Of a stretch of DNA of 64,000 nucleotides, positions 53,201 through 64,000 are shown piece after piece. A program made the translations under genes and the position numbers. Below the pieces are notes generated by a model. That model saw only the letters and a list, made by a program, of their open reading frames with translations. It searched no databases and was not told the DNA's origin. Source of the stretch: Phaeosaccion multiseriatum (taxonomy: Eukaryota; Protista; Ochrophyta, other classes). The first letter of the stretch is position 1, and every line of letters begins with the position of its first letter. The stretch lies in assembly GCA_965112735.1 (NCBI GenBank), contig OZ218958.1, forward strand, positions 2,108,001-2,172,000, written 5' to 3'.

Positions 53201-56200
53201 AGGCAAAGGCGCTCTCAATCTCCCGAATGGCTGCAAAGTCTGCTCCTGGTCCTCCCTGAGCTTTCCTCTCGAGAACCGAAAACCCACCGACTGCGCAGTC
53301 CACGTGACTGAACAGACCTGGCATTTCACACTCCAACCGCGCCAACGTATCCTGCCGCAGCTGAGGAGCAAGTCCTGTGGACAACACCAGAAGGAAGGGT
53401 CGCTGAGGGAAGTTCGGGCCTCCCGTGTAGAAGGACGGCGGAATGCTCGCTCCCATCATGAGCTCCACCTCTTCTTCCGCAGCCGCCTGGTCCTCCGCGT
53501 GCTCATGCTCCGCGGACTCTGGAGTAGCGTCATCCCACTGCGTCTTGCCCATCTCGATGGCGGCTGCTGCATCTCGCTCGTACTCGTCGGCCACCTTGCT
53601 CTCAAAGGCCTGCACTGCGGAGTGCAGCTGCGCCTTCCACACGCACGCCTCCTCCTCGAACATGTTGGTCTTCTCCCCCGCCACTCGCAAGCGCTCCAAG
53701 GCGTGCTCACTCAGTCTGCTAATCTCTCGGATGCCTCCCGCCTGCTTGAGGCAGTGCTCCTTGCGCGAAGCAAAGAGTGCGGCCATTCCCTGCGCGCTGC
53801 CCGCCCGCCGCGCGAGGAGCAAGTGGCTCTCCAGGGGGGGCAGCCACTCGCGCAGCATGGGCTCCTTAAAGTCCGTCACTCGGCGGTCCCACTCGGCTCT
53901 CAGGCGTTTGTCCTCACTGAGGCCAATCTTGAGGTCTTGTAAGTTTCTCTCCAAGCGCTGCAGCCGCATGCGCTGCTTTTCCTTCGCCCTCGGAAGGTTG
54001 TCCTGATGCCCGTTTTCGGCCAGACTCTGCGCCATTTCAATCTCCTTCTCCACCACCTGCACCTCTCGTGTACCTGCGACCATCTTTTGCTCCCAAAGGC
54101 CCTCGCCCTCCTTCTTTAGGCGGCGGTGTTTCGCCTCGAATGAACATCGCTCTTGGCCCAGGTCTCGTAGACGCTGCTCCTCCCTGTCCAGCTTGACCTT
54201 GAGCACAGTACAGGCTTGTAACGGCTCTCCGAAGGCCTTGCCGCTCTTCTTTAAAGCGGCCACGCTCTGCTCTGCCTGCTCCACAGCCACCGTGCATAGC
54301 GCAATCTGCAGTAGTATCCACCGCTTTCGCCGCTGAAATCGCCGGGAGGTGCGAAGCCAGGCGGGTTGTGAGTCCTTAATAAAGTCCCCCAACACCTCCT
54401 GCCCTCTGAGCACCCCCGCCAGCTCCCGCACATACGTGATGAGGCACCTGGCGGCTTTGGCCCCACCTCTCATGGAAGAGAGGGTTGGCGCTTCCCAGTG
54501 GGGATGTCCGTCGTGGGCCCTCATGAAGCAAATGGCTTCGTCTGACAGCGACAGCAGGCGAGGAGGGCAGTTGGTAATGTCGTCGAGCCTGTTGCACAGC
54601 CCCGAGGACAGAGCTCGAAGGCGTCTTAGGAGCTTGCGAGGCCTTCTCAGCACACGCATGGCCATCTCCCACGACATGGTGGCCGGGTGCACTTTGCCTG
54701 TGACCTTGGCCCCCATGGCTGTGTAGAACGTGATGGTCTCCTCCCCCTCGCCGAAGTACGTCAGCACGCAGCGAAGCAGAGACAGCACTGCAGCAGGCGG
54801 CAGCGACGCTCCATGGTCGATGATGCCGGCTCGGATGCCTGCTGCGAGCTCCTTGAGGTGGTAAGGCTGCAGCCTCCCCACTGCCACCACGGCACTGGCT
54901 CTGCGGGCCGCGCTAATCATTGAATGGCGATACTTCGCTCTGGTGCGTCCCATGTACGCCCGCGACACCCTCTGCATGACACGGGCTGCATAAGTCTCCC
55001 GAGATTGCTGCCGAAGACGGAGGTATCGACACCTCTGTAAATACATTCGAAAGCTCGCTTCTATGATTGTAGCGGCTCTGTCCAGCCTCGCCCAACGGTG
55101 CAACCTGACCCTGCTCCAGTGCCCTCGAATGCCAGCTTGGATGACAGTGGCAGCGTGATGCACTATAGATCGGTACCACTCCACGAAACGCATGTCCCTA
55201 TTCCTGCGAACAATGGCCTGAATCCGGGCTGCGAAGACGTCTTCCACAGACATGGCCACGGCTTCGTCTTCGGGCAAAATCTCCCCTTCTTGGAGCGCTC
55301 TCCTCCGCTGCTCCAGATACACATGCCTCCCATCCGCCAGCTCCTGCGCTCTGTTGAGATGCACAAAATAAATCTGCTTTCCAGCGACATCGGCTTGTCG
55401 AAACGCAAGCTCCCTCTCTTTCTGCTCCAGGCGGAGAAGCACGCCTTCGGGCCTCGGAGAGATGCTCCTGAGCTCGTCCACCTCCCCCCTCAGCATTTGC
55501 ACATCCTCCTCGTGCCTCTCAAGCTCTCGACGCAGTCGAGCATAGCGATTTTGCCGTCGCGGCGCTTGCTTTCGTCCCACTGTCCCTGCTGCCGTGAGTG
55601 CGTGCATATCTGCTCCCACCTGAGGCAAGAGAAGGCAGCAACGCAACAGAGCGTCATGTCATCAGTACCGCGGTAGGGCAGGTCATGCATACACACACTG
55701 TGGTGCACTGACCTTGACCAACTTCTTCTTGACAACAGGGTCGGCCCCTTCCTCGCCAAAGCCCGCGCTGGGGCCCCGTGGGATGGGGTCGCAGCTGTCA
55801 TCGCTTTGTGGCACAGGAGCAGCAGCAGCCGCAGCAGCAGCAGCAACAACAGAGCTGCTCAAGACCCCGGACACTGCCAATATAGCCTGGGGGACTTTGG
55901 CCGCTGAGAGATGTCCCCCGCTCTGCACGTGCTGTTGCTGTGCCGCCTCATCGCCCAGAAGTTGCTGGGCCGACTGCACTCTGGTCAAGTCAGATCTGCT
56001 CAGTGTATTGGGCGTGATGCCGACGAGGCTGAGGCGCTTTGTACTGCGAAGGCCCCCAGGCTCGAGCAGCTTATCTAATGTGTGCGGCGACGGCGGGGCC
56101 TTGGCGCTGAATGACGGAAGCAGCGCGGGGTCGTTCAACACAGCAGTTCCGTAGGGCGTGGCTTTCGTGGGCCGTTGCCGCTTCCTAGACACCTTTTCTG

Positions 56201-56883
56201 GGGCAATTTCCACCTGAGTAGAGACAACGCACAGGAGAAAGACGCGGTGAACAAAAATATGTCTCTGTCTGGGGGACCGCCGACTCAACTACACCCTTTG
56301 GGCACCTCCTCACCTCAAGGGCACGCTGCCACGGCTTCTTTCCTAGCTCAATGAAGAGGCCGCTGGGGTCCACCTTCCCCCCCTGCTGGTCCCACTGCGG
56401 GGGGGCGAGGAAAGGATTCCGGGCCAGAGAGAATCCAAACCAATCCCGAAGAGGCGCAAAGCTGTCGAGGAAGTCAAGGTCCTGGCTAACCTTGGAAAGG
56501 TAGTTTTGCCCATTCCACAGAAACGGGTGGGATTCGGGATGGCGCATAGCCAGGCGCCATGTGGCTATGGCCTCCACGGTGTCGAGTGTGGCTTGTCTCA
56601 GTAGATCCAGAGCGTCCACCATGCCCGTGGGGAGCGTCGGCTGTTGAGGGGCACCGCTGAGTACGTCCACCATCCGCCGGAGCTGCGAAACGTATCCCTC
56701 TCGCAGCAAGATGCACTTGAGTACCTGCAGCTCCGTGGAGGTGTCCAGCAGCTCTCGACGCTGGGCGAGGGGGTCGAGCTGAAACCTCCTGCTACCTCTT
56801 GCTGTGCCGCCATCTCCAAACCTCGCCTGCGAAGCCTCGCCCCTCCGGTTGAGTCCAGAACGATGGACATGAGGGGAGGCCAT
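50226..56883 (-). CDS. Large (~2150 aa) IQ-motif/coiled-coil protein, 3 exons (56883-56314, 56213-55713, 55619-50226)
   Basis: A 1806-codon ORF plus two upstream ORFs joined by phase-0 GT-AG introns; four IQ-like motifs (ARIQAIVRR, TVIQAGIRGHWSR, IIEASFRMYLQR, VMQRVSRAYMGR). Confidence 0.8.
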
Positions 56884-57158
56884 GAGTAGAGCCTCCAATT
56901 ACCGGCCAAGATTGGGAAAGGTGAGGGGTTTGTAGGCGTGTAGCGTGGGGCCTAGGCTTGGGCCCAAGCTCTGCCTGCTGAAGGGCTAAAATCGCCGTCG
57001 GAGTGGATTATGGTTTCACCGTCGTCGGATTCCCCCCCCGCCCTGCTCCCCTTTCCTCTCTCTGCCTGTGCTAGAGCTATGATAGACCATTGAGGCGGCT
57101 GGAAGGCCCTGATTACATCTTCTGGCCTCTTGAGGCTCGTTCCTTTGAAGTGGAGACC

Positions 57159-60100
57159 ATGGTGTTGGACGCTGCGGCAGTGGCCGCGGTGCCAAATGTC
57201 CCCAATACGATGGTGGGTAGCGTTCATGCTCTGCCCGGTGAAGGACGAAAAGAGAAGAAGGAGAATGTGAGGGAGGTGGCTACGGTGCAGAGTCAGATCT
57301 CCAAGCTGGCAGTTTCGAGCATCTCGGATCATGACACTCAGAGGCTCGTCATGAGTAGGCCAAACCTTTCTCGCATCCAAAAGTTTCTGGACGAGCCTCA
57401 GTCCCGCGTGGGGAACTCATTGAAGGAGATGGACAGGGTGGCAAAGACAGTGTATGGATCCTTCGGCGCTGCAGCCGTGGGACCCACTGGGCAGCTGAGC
57501 GTCGACAAGCGCCCGGGCGGGGGAGGGTATAACGTGCTGCAGAGCACAAGGAGGCACAACCTGGAGATTTTGCCAGAAATGCAGCGCGAGCTCGGTGTCC
57601 TTAGCAGATTCGGCGATGGGGATGGCTCATATTGGGACAGATGGCTCACTGCTACGGGCATGTTCGCGAAGGATGGGAACTATGAAGCGGGGGGGATGCC
57701 CGCCCAGAGCATGTATGCCTCGGGTGTGGTGCCGCCCAAAAGCGGCTTCAAGCGATTTCAATTGGACAAACTGCAAATGCTCGACATTCCACAGGCTAGA
57801 GTGAAGACGTTTGCCCAGCGTCAGCTGCAGCGGGGCAAGACAAGGGTAAGTGGAACAGCTTTCTGGCACGGCGCGCCTTGGTGCTCAAACAGCGCCCCCC
57901 CCCCGCCACCTTCTGCCGAAACAAACCCTCCACAGGGACGTCATGCAGCCGCATCAAGACACAGTGCCTTTCAGGAGCAACCCAATCCCAAAATCCAATC
58001 CAGACTCGAAAATGAGCAGCTTCAATCCCTCACAGCTAATCTGTACCAGGCGGGGAGCGTGAGGGGGGAGAGATTTGAGCGAGAACAGCAGGAGGGTCAG
58101 GTGAAGGAGGCGGGAGAGGAGAGAAGGCCGGCTTTAGGGCGGATAGATGCGGAACGAATAGTGTCTTCGGGAGCGTCACCGAAGCTCCAGGATCGACACC
58201 GCCGAACGACGAGAAAGTTATCACACCAGCCGGAGAAGCACTGGGAGGATAGCTGCCTGCCGCTGGACGGCCGGGAGGACGCCGAGCGCATTACAGCCAA
58301 CTACTTTGGGCGATACGCGAGGGAGAGCTTTTTCGAGTTTTATCACCAGCTCTCCAGACAAAGGTGGAGAAGCAAAGGCTCACTGCAATCAATCAGCCAA
58401 TCAATGGCATCGCTCGTTCTCTCACGCCCCCGTTGCTCTCCTTTCTTCCCTACCAAACCTTTCTGTCGGACTATAGGCACAACTACACCGATATTAAGGA
58501 CATGGGTATTGACCACATGGGCATTGTTGCAGGAGGGGGTCTACCGAAGAGCTCAAAAAGACCCGACCTACCGAAGCTAGACCTTGCAGGGGGGGGGCAG
58601 CAGCTGGACGAGGAGGAGGGAGGGGTGGAAGAGGAGGACGAGGAGGAAGAGGAGGACGAGGAGAAAGAAGAGGATAAGGACACTCCTGGTCAGTTCCACG
58701 CGCCAACTAGTCGAACGACCTTCCTCTTTGGGTGTGTGGAGGCCCAGATGGCTCCAAGGGCGAACATGATTATTAGAAGGATGCACACCACGACAGTCTC
58801 CCTCGCACACATTGGCATGGGCGATAAGTTGGGCACCCTGTTCGCCGAGTGTCTGGCGGGTCTGCCTCTCATGCGAGAGCTGAATCTGCGGGACAATCGT
58901 CTCACTGACAGGAGCCTCCTGCCCATCATGAAGGTGTGTGTGCGTGCGAGGCGGCCTGTCCAGCGCCGCTTGGTGGCTTGTGGCTGGGCTCGATTCCCCT
59001 CACGTCTCGTTTCAAAACAAGTCGCGCCACTTGCATCATACGTGTGTGTGTGTGTATGTGTGTGTGTTCACCCCGACTCCCTCTCTCTCTCTCTCTCGCT
59101 ATCCCTCTCTGTCTGTAGGCCATCCGGAAGAGGCACGACCTCCACTCACTAGACCTGTCGGAGAACAAGCTAGACGAGGCCTCCTCTCACGAGCTGGCCT
59201 GCTACTTCGCTGATCCCCTCATGACCCTCGCCAAGCTCGAGCTCTCCAACGCGGACGTGGACGATGTGGAAGCGGCCAACTTTGTGCAGAAGCTGCAGGA
59301 CAATCGCACTCTCACATGGCTCAACCTCAGCCGCAACCTCATCGGCGCCAAGGAGAACTTGAATTACGTGCAGCCGAGCTTCTACACCGGTGCCGAGGCC
59401 CTGGCGGACTGGCTGCGGCACTCGTACTGCCCTCTCAAGCACCTGGATGTGAGCTGGAACACCATCCGGCTGGAGTCGGCAGAGACCCTCGGGGAGGCCA
59501 TCGGCGACAACAACACCCTCACGTACCTCAACCTCGGCTACAACGGCTTCGGAGTGGCGGGGGGATGCAGTGTGAGTCTTGCCCTTCCACCTTGACGCCG
59601 AGTTCACGCACACACACACACACACACACACACCCTCCTACGATCGTTGAGACCCTTGCTTCTCTTCCCTTCCCTCCTACTCCCACCTGCTGCAGGTCGG
59701 GGCGTCTCTCCACAGGAACACAACCTTGGAGGAGTTGCACGTGGACTCCAACAACATATCCCCCAAGGCGTGCTTCGTCATCTGCGAAGGACTCATCGCC
59801 AACAGCAAGCTGCGCAAGATTGGACTGGGCTCCAACTCTCTGGGAAGAGTCGGTGCAGCGTGCCTCACACGCTTACCCAGCGAGCTTCAGAAGAGAGAGC
59901 TGCATATCGACGTCAAGGGCAGCAACTTGGCCGTGGAGGACCAGAGCTGCTGGTTCGACGACCACGCGTTGCAGGAGAGGTACGAGCTGGTGTTGACAAA
60001 GTCGTATGATCGAGCTGTGGCCCTCTTCCTCATGCGTCTCTCAGCGAGAGACGAAGGCGTGCACTTGACGCGTGTGGAGCTCAAGGGAGAGGACGGAGGG

Positions 60101-62439
60101 GCAGCGGAGTCCCTGGACCTTGTGCGTGGCTACCCCGACGACCACAGCAGCATGAGTGAGCAGAAGCCCGAGGATACTTTCCTCAAGTACGACGCGGACG
60201 GGAGCGGCAACATCGACTTCTCAGAGCTCGCCTTCGCGCTTAAGGACATGGGCATGAGCGGACAAGAGGACTTCGTTATGAACAGGTGCGCTGCGGGGGT
60301 GGAGCGCGTGGAGCCACTTGGGGTTAGGCCGTCCACAAGAGATACACTGCCTTGATTCCGTTCTCAAGATAAGGCCGCTTGTTCATTCATTCCATCATCC
60401 CGTCTTTCCGTCCCTTCCGTGCTTCCTTGTTGCGGGCTTTCCTCTGTGTCACAGATACGATACAGACGGGAGCCAAACTATCGAGCAGGAGGAATTCCTG
60501 GAGTTTGTGGAGGAGTATAAGCTCGCCACCGACAAGAAGAAGAACAAGCGATCGGTGAGGAAGGGGGCGGGGGGAGGATGAAGAAGAGGGGATGAATGGC
60601 AACCCCACAGCAGCATCCCCATTCACACGTCACACGTACCACCTGCTGCTTGTTGCTTCGTGTTGGTTGGCTCTTCGTGTGTGTGCGCAGGTCTTTCTGG
60701 CCCTCGCGGCGAGTCCTCACACCCGCTGGATGGTGCCCCTTACCGGGGTGCTGACAATTGACCTCGTGTACGAACGGCTGCCCGACCAGGGGGACGTCGG
60801 GTACGGAGAGCACCACGAGGGGCTCAAGGCCATGATGGCGAGCATGGGGGACGGGGGGGGGGCCGCTCTCGTGTACTGCGCTCTCGAGCACGTGTCGCTG
60901 GATGCCGCGGCGGGCATCTCCATGTATGAGACGCTGCTCAAGGAACACGGTGAGTGAGTGAGTGGGGTTGAGGGCGGAGAGGGACGTGGGTGAGGGGTGA
61001 GTGAGGGGTGAGTGAGGGGGGTGTGAGGGGTGGGTGAGGGCGCTTCGGGTTCTTTCATTTCCCCGGAGGGCGACTTTGACCGCCACATCTTGCTTTGCTC
61101 TCCCATGTCTTTCCCTACTCTGGCTTTGCCTCGTCTCTTCTCGTCTCCAGCTGGTAACAAGATCACGGCCCTCGCCAGGGTGCTCCCTCGCGTGTCCAGC
61201 CCGGCGCAGGCCCGACTGGTGGTGTCATCCACGCTGAGCTGCTTCCACGAGAAGAAGAGGCTGAGGTACGAGCTGGGCCCTGCGCACCGAGTACTCATCG
61301 GCATCCCTATGGGGCGGTACGTGCTGGACCTTGCCAAGGCCTCGCACCGCATGGCGGCAAGCAAGATCCTGGAGATCAACAACGAGGAGAAGAGGAGGAG
61401 GAAGGGCATGGAGATGTTCGACACGAGTCAGAAGGGCAATAGGGAGAGCGTCCGCAACGAGAAGCTGAATGGGGTGTCTTTCAAATTCTCCCCACACCGC
61501 TTCGAGCGGCTGCCCAAAGTGGGCATCTTGGAATTTGATTACGTGGACACTCGGCGACCGGGTGTGTCGCAGCAGCCCATGTCACAACGGCGCTTCGGAC
61601 AGATGATGAGTGCGTTGGACCTGCTCCCCGACAGAGACTCGTGGCAGCAGATGGACAGCTCGGACGAGACCTTGGCCAGCGCTCTGCCCAGGAGTGCGGC
61701 TCGCACCAATGAAATGTATGACGAGCTCCATTTCGCGTACACGGGCGAACTGCCGCCAGTAGACCCCGCTAGGGGGGGGGGTAAGGGCGGACAGAGCGGT
61801 GGGGGGGGGCGCGGGGGCGGGGGTGGCAAGTACAGCGACAGCAAAGCCGAGCAAGACGCGAACCACGAGTGCCGTGGAGGCACAGACACCAGCCCTTCCG
61901 CAGGGTATCCTGCCCCCTCTCGTGAAGGAGGTCGGGAAGGAGGGAGAGCAGTCGCCTAAGGTCGGTGGAGGGAAGGGGAAGGGGGGGGCGCTCGCTTAGC
62001 CAGTGTCGAGTCTAATTTTTGTGTTTTGGGCCTCGCTTGTTTCTCATTCTCTCCCTCCTTCCCTCTCGCCCTTGATGGACTCTCAGGCGGGCAAATCATG
62101 CGACCGTTCATCGGAGGTAAGTTGCGTCGCCTGTTTGACTCGTTTTGTTTTGTTTGACTTTGTACAGCTCCTTTCAGTTTGTTGACCCTAACCCTGACCC
62201 TGGCCGCGGACTGTGTGCTTGTGCTCTTACTTGCAGGGGAACGAGGACGACGACCTCTCCTCTGTGACGGCCCTGCCCGAGCACGTCAAGAACTTGCACC
62301 TGTGTGAGGAGTTCGTGGCGGAAAGGTGAGGGAGGGAGGTGGTGAGGCACCCGACCACCTACCTGCTTGCTCCCCCACCCGACCCCACCCGACCACCTAC
62401 CTGCTTGCTCCCCCGACTCTCTCTCTCTCTCTCTCTCTC

Positions 62440-62474
<35 letters not shown>

Positions 62475-63352
62475 CCACTGCGCTCGATGGTATCTGGGGC
62501 TTTGCTCTGATCTGTCTTACTCTCACACGACGTGTCAACGAAACAGATACTTTTCTGCAGCGCAGGCTGCCTACCTCACACACGCCTACATACAGCACTT
62601 CCGGCATGGGGACGGGGACGAAGGGGCGTCCGAATCAGTGACGTGCCTCGTCGTCTCTCTGTTCAGCCGAATCGTGGACCTGCACAACTTTGACATTGTG
62701 CTGGGAGTGCTCTCGGACAAGGAGAAGGCCGGCGTACACCATCGCGTGGGGCTGCTCAACATTATGAACATTTGCAAGCCGGAGGGGTGCTGGCAGCTCT
62801 CACTCAATCGGAGGGAAGAGCGACAAGTGGCCAAGATCATCATCCACCTCGCCATTGTGGAGCCTGGAGACAACATGCTGGATATGTCCTTTCGCTGGTC
62901 TCGGCACGAGCCACCTGTCGGGGGTTGGCAGCTGCCCCGGAGGTGGCTCACGGAAGAAGGGATACCAACGAGAGGCGTCATCTCGCTGACCTACGCCAGC
63001 ATCAAGCCCGACTGGGAGCTGCGAAGGACGCTGGCGGGTACTGTCACGCTCCCATCGCCCACCAAGGAAGCCATCAAGGTATGGTATGGTGTGTGTTTTG
63101 TTTTGTTCGCTGCAGGCACGTTGTCTTCAAGTGTTTGTAGGGAAGAGCTGTCTCCGGACGTGACCTTCTGTCTGTCTGGCTGTACTGCTCCCCTCCCTCC
63201 CCTTCCGGTTTTCCCCTCGGCAGGAGTGGGGCGGCAGCACGTTCATGAACTCGGACAGGGACGCCATCGACCAAGTGTGCGTGTCGCACGGGGTGGAGTT
63301 CTTCTACGGAGCCACGCCCGAGTGGTTCAGCCCGTCCAAGGAGGTTGTATAG
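57159..63352 (+). CDS. Leucine-rich-repeat (RNI-like) plus EF-hand protein, multi-exon
   Basis: LRRs (LTHLDLSENKL, LTWLNLSRNLIG, LKHLDVSWNTI, LEELHVDSNNI); EF-hands DADGSGNIDFSEL and DTDGSQTIEQEEF; repeated YxLxL..R..A helical motif. Start and some exon edges are approximate. Confidence 0.75.
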
Positions 63353-63539
63353 GAAGGAGCAGAGCACGTATGAACTTAAAAACCCTTCTCACTTCTCTGG
63401 AAGAAATGGGTTGGGCGGTCCTCGCTCCTCGTTCGATCGTCCTCTCAGAATTTCGCGCCAGAACCATTTGGGGGCAATTTAAATTCAAACTCCCATCGGC
63501 CTTCAGCCCTCCCTTTCATTACTCTCCACCCTTTTAGAG

Positions 63540-64000
63540 ATGGACGAGGCTGGGGGTGGTGATGAAGGCATGGTCTGGAAGAGGGCTCCTGATCTCGGAA
63601 AGCTACGCAAGCTGGCGTTGTGTCCCCTCTGGTACGTCCTCTGCTGCTTGCAAGGTTTAAGGACCTTGGCGGGAATTAAACATCTCTTTTGCGCGCCTGC
63701 CCCTCTTTCTCCCCCTTTGGTGTGATTGAACTCTGTTCTCCTCAGCAAGGGGATTCTGCAGGACCCGCACAAGTTGAGGAGCTGCAACTGTGTGATGTGC
63801 AAGGAGTGCCTCGAGGAGAGGCTGTGGGACCAATCGGTGTGCCCTGACTGTGGGCTGCCCGCACTGCCCCAAGACATGAAGCCCAGCCAGCTCGTGGGGA
63901 ACATTGTTCGCAGTTACCAGGGGCTAGAGAAGGTCTATCAAGCGCATGTGCTTATGAAAGCCGGAAAAGGAGGGGGAATCGCTGCTGTTGGTAATTCGAA
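63540..64000 (+). CDS. RING-finger protein, BARD1/BRCA1-like N-terminus (partial, runs off window)
   Basis: After splicing: CPLCKGILQDPHKLRSCNCVMCKECL...CPDCGLPALPQDMKPSQLVGNIV. Confidence 0.65.

Noticed and set aside
50485-56154. Many antisense and alternate-frame ORFs overlapping the large minus-strand gene
   Set aside because: Expected shadow ORFs in GC-rich coding DNA; no independent motifs.
59041-62473. (GT)n, (CT)n and (CA)n tracts and a short duplication at ~62350-62415
   Set aside because: Ordinary intronic microsatellites and a local duplication in the LRR/EF-hand gene.

Overview
Eukaryotic genomic DNA, GC-rich with short spliceosomal introns. It is probably an alga or protist, plausibly a stramenopile, but that is inference only. 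Bases 1-31938 are the edge of a tandem array of about 160 copies of a 177-bp satellite with higher-order repeat blocks; it may be centromeric. The array is interrupted at 5850-9347 by a young, non-coding 3.5-kb mobile element. This element has split direct repeats (A-x-B|A-internal-B), no target-site duplication, terminal hairpins and a perfect four-way-junction fold in repeat A. The array stops abruptly about 270 bp from a very compact gene region: NOL8-like (-), transportin-1 (+), RWDD1/GIR2-like (-), CDC5L (+), NAA40 (-), a hypothetical gene (+), aspartate carbamoyltransferase (+), a ~2150-aa IQ-motif protein with dynein-MTBD-like segments (-), an LRR/EF-hand protein (+) and a partial RING-finger gene (+). 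At 45893-48182 there is a nest of related MITEs, all with TCG(A/G)C-starting TIRs and 6-bp TSDs; one is a composite unit carrying a ~795-bp (CCCT)n tract. Exon boundaries and protein families were assigned by eye; no searches were run.
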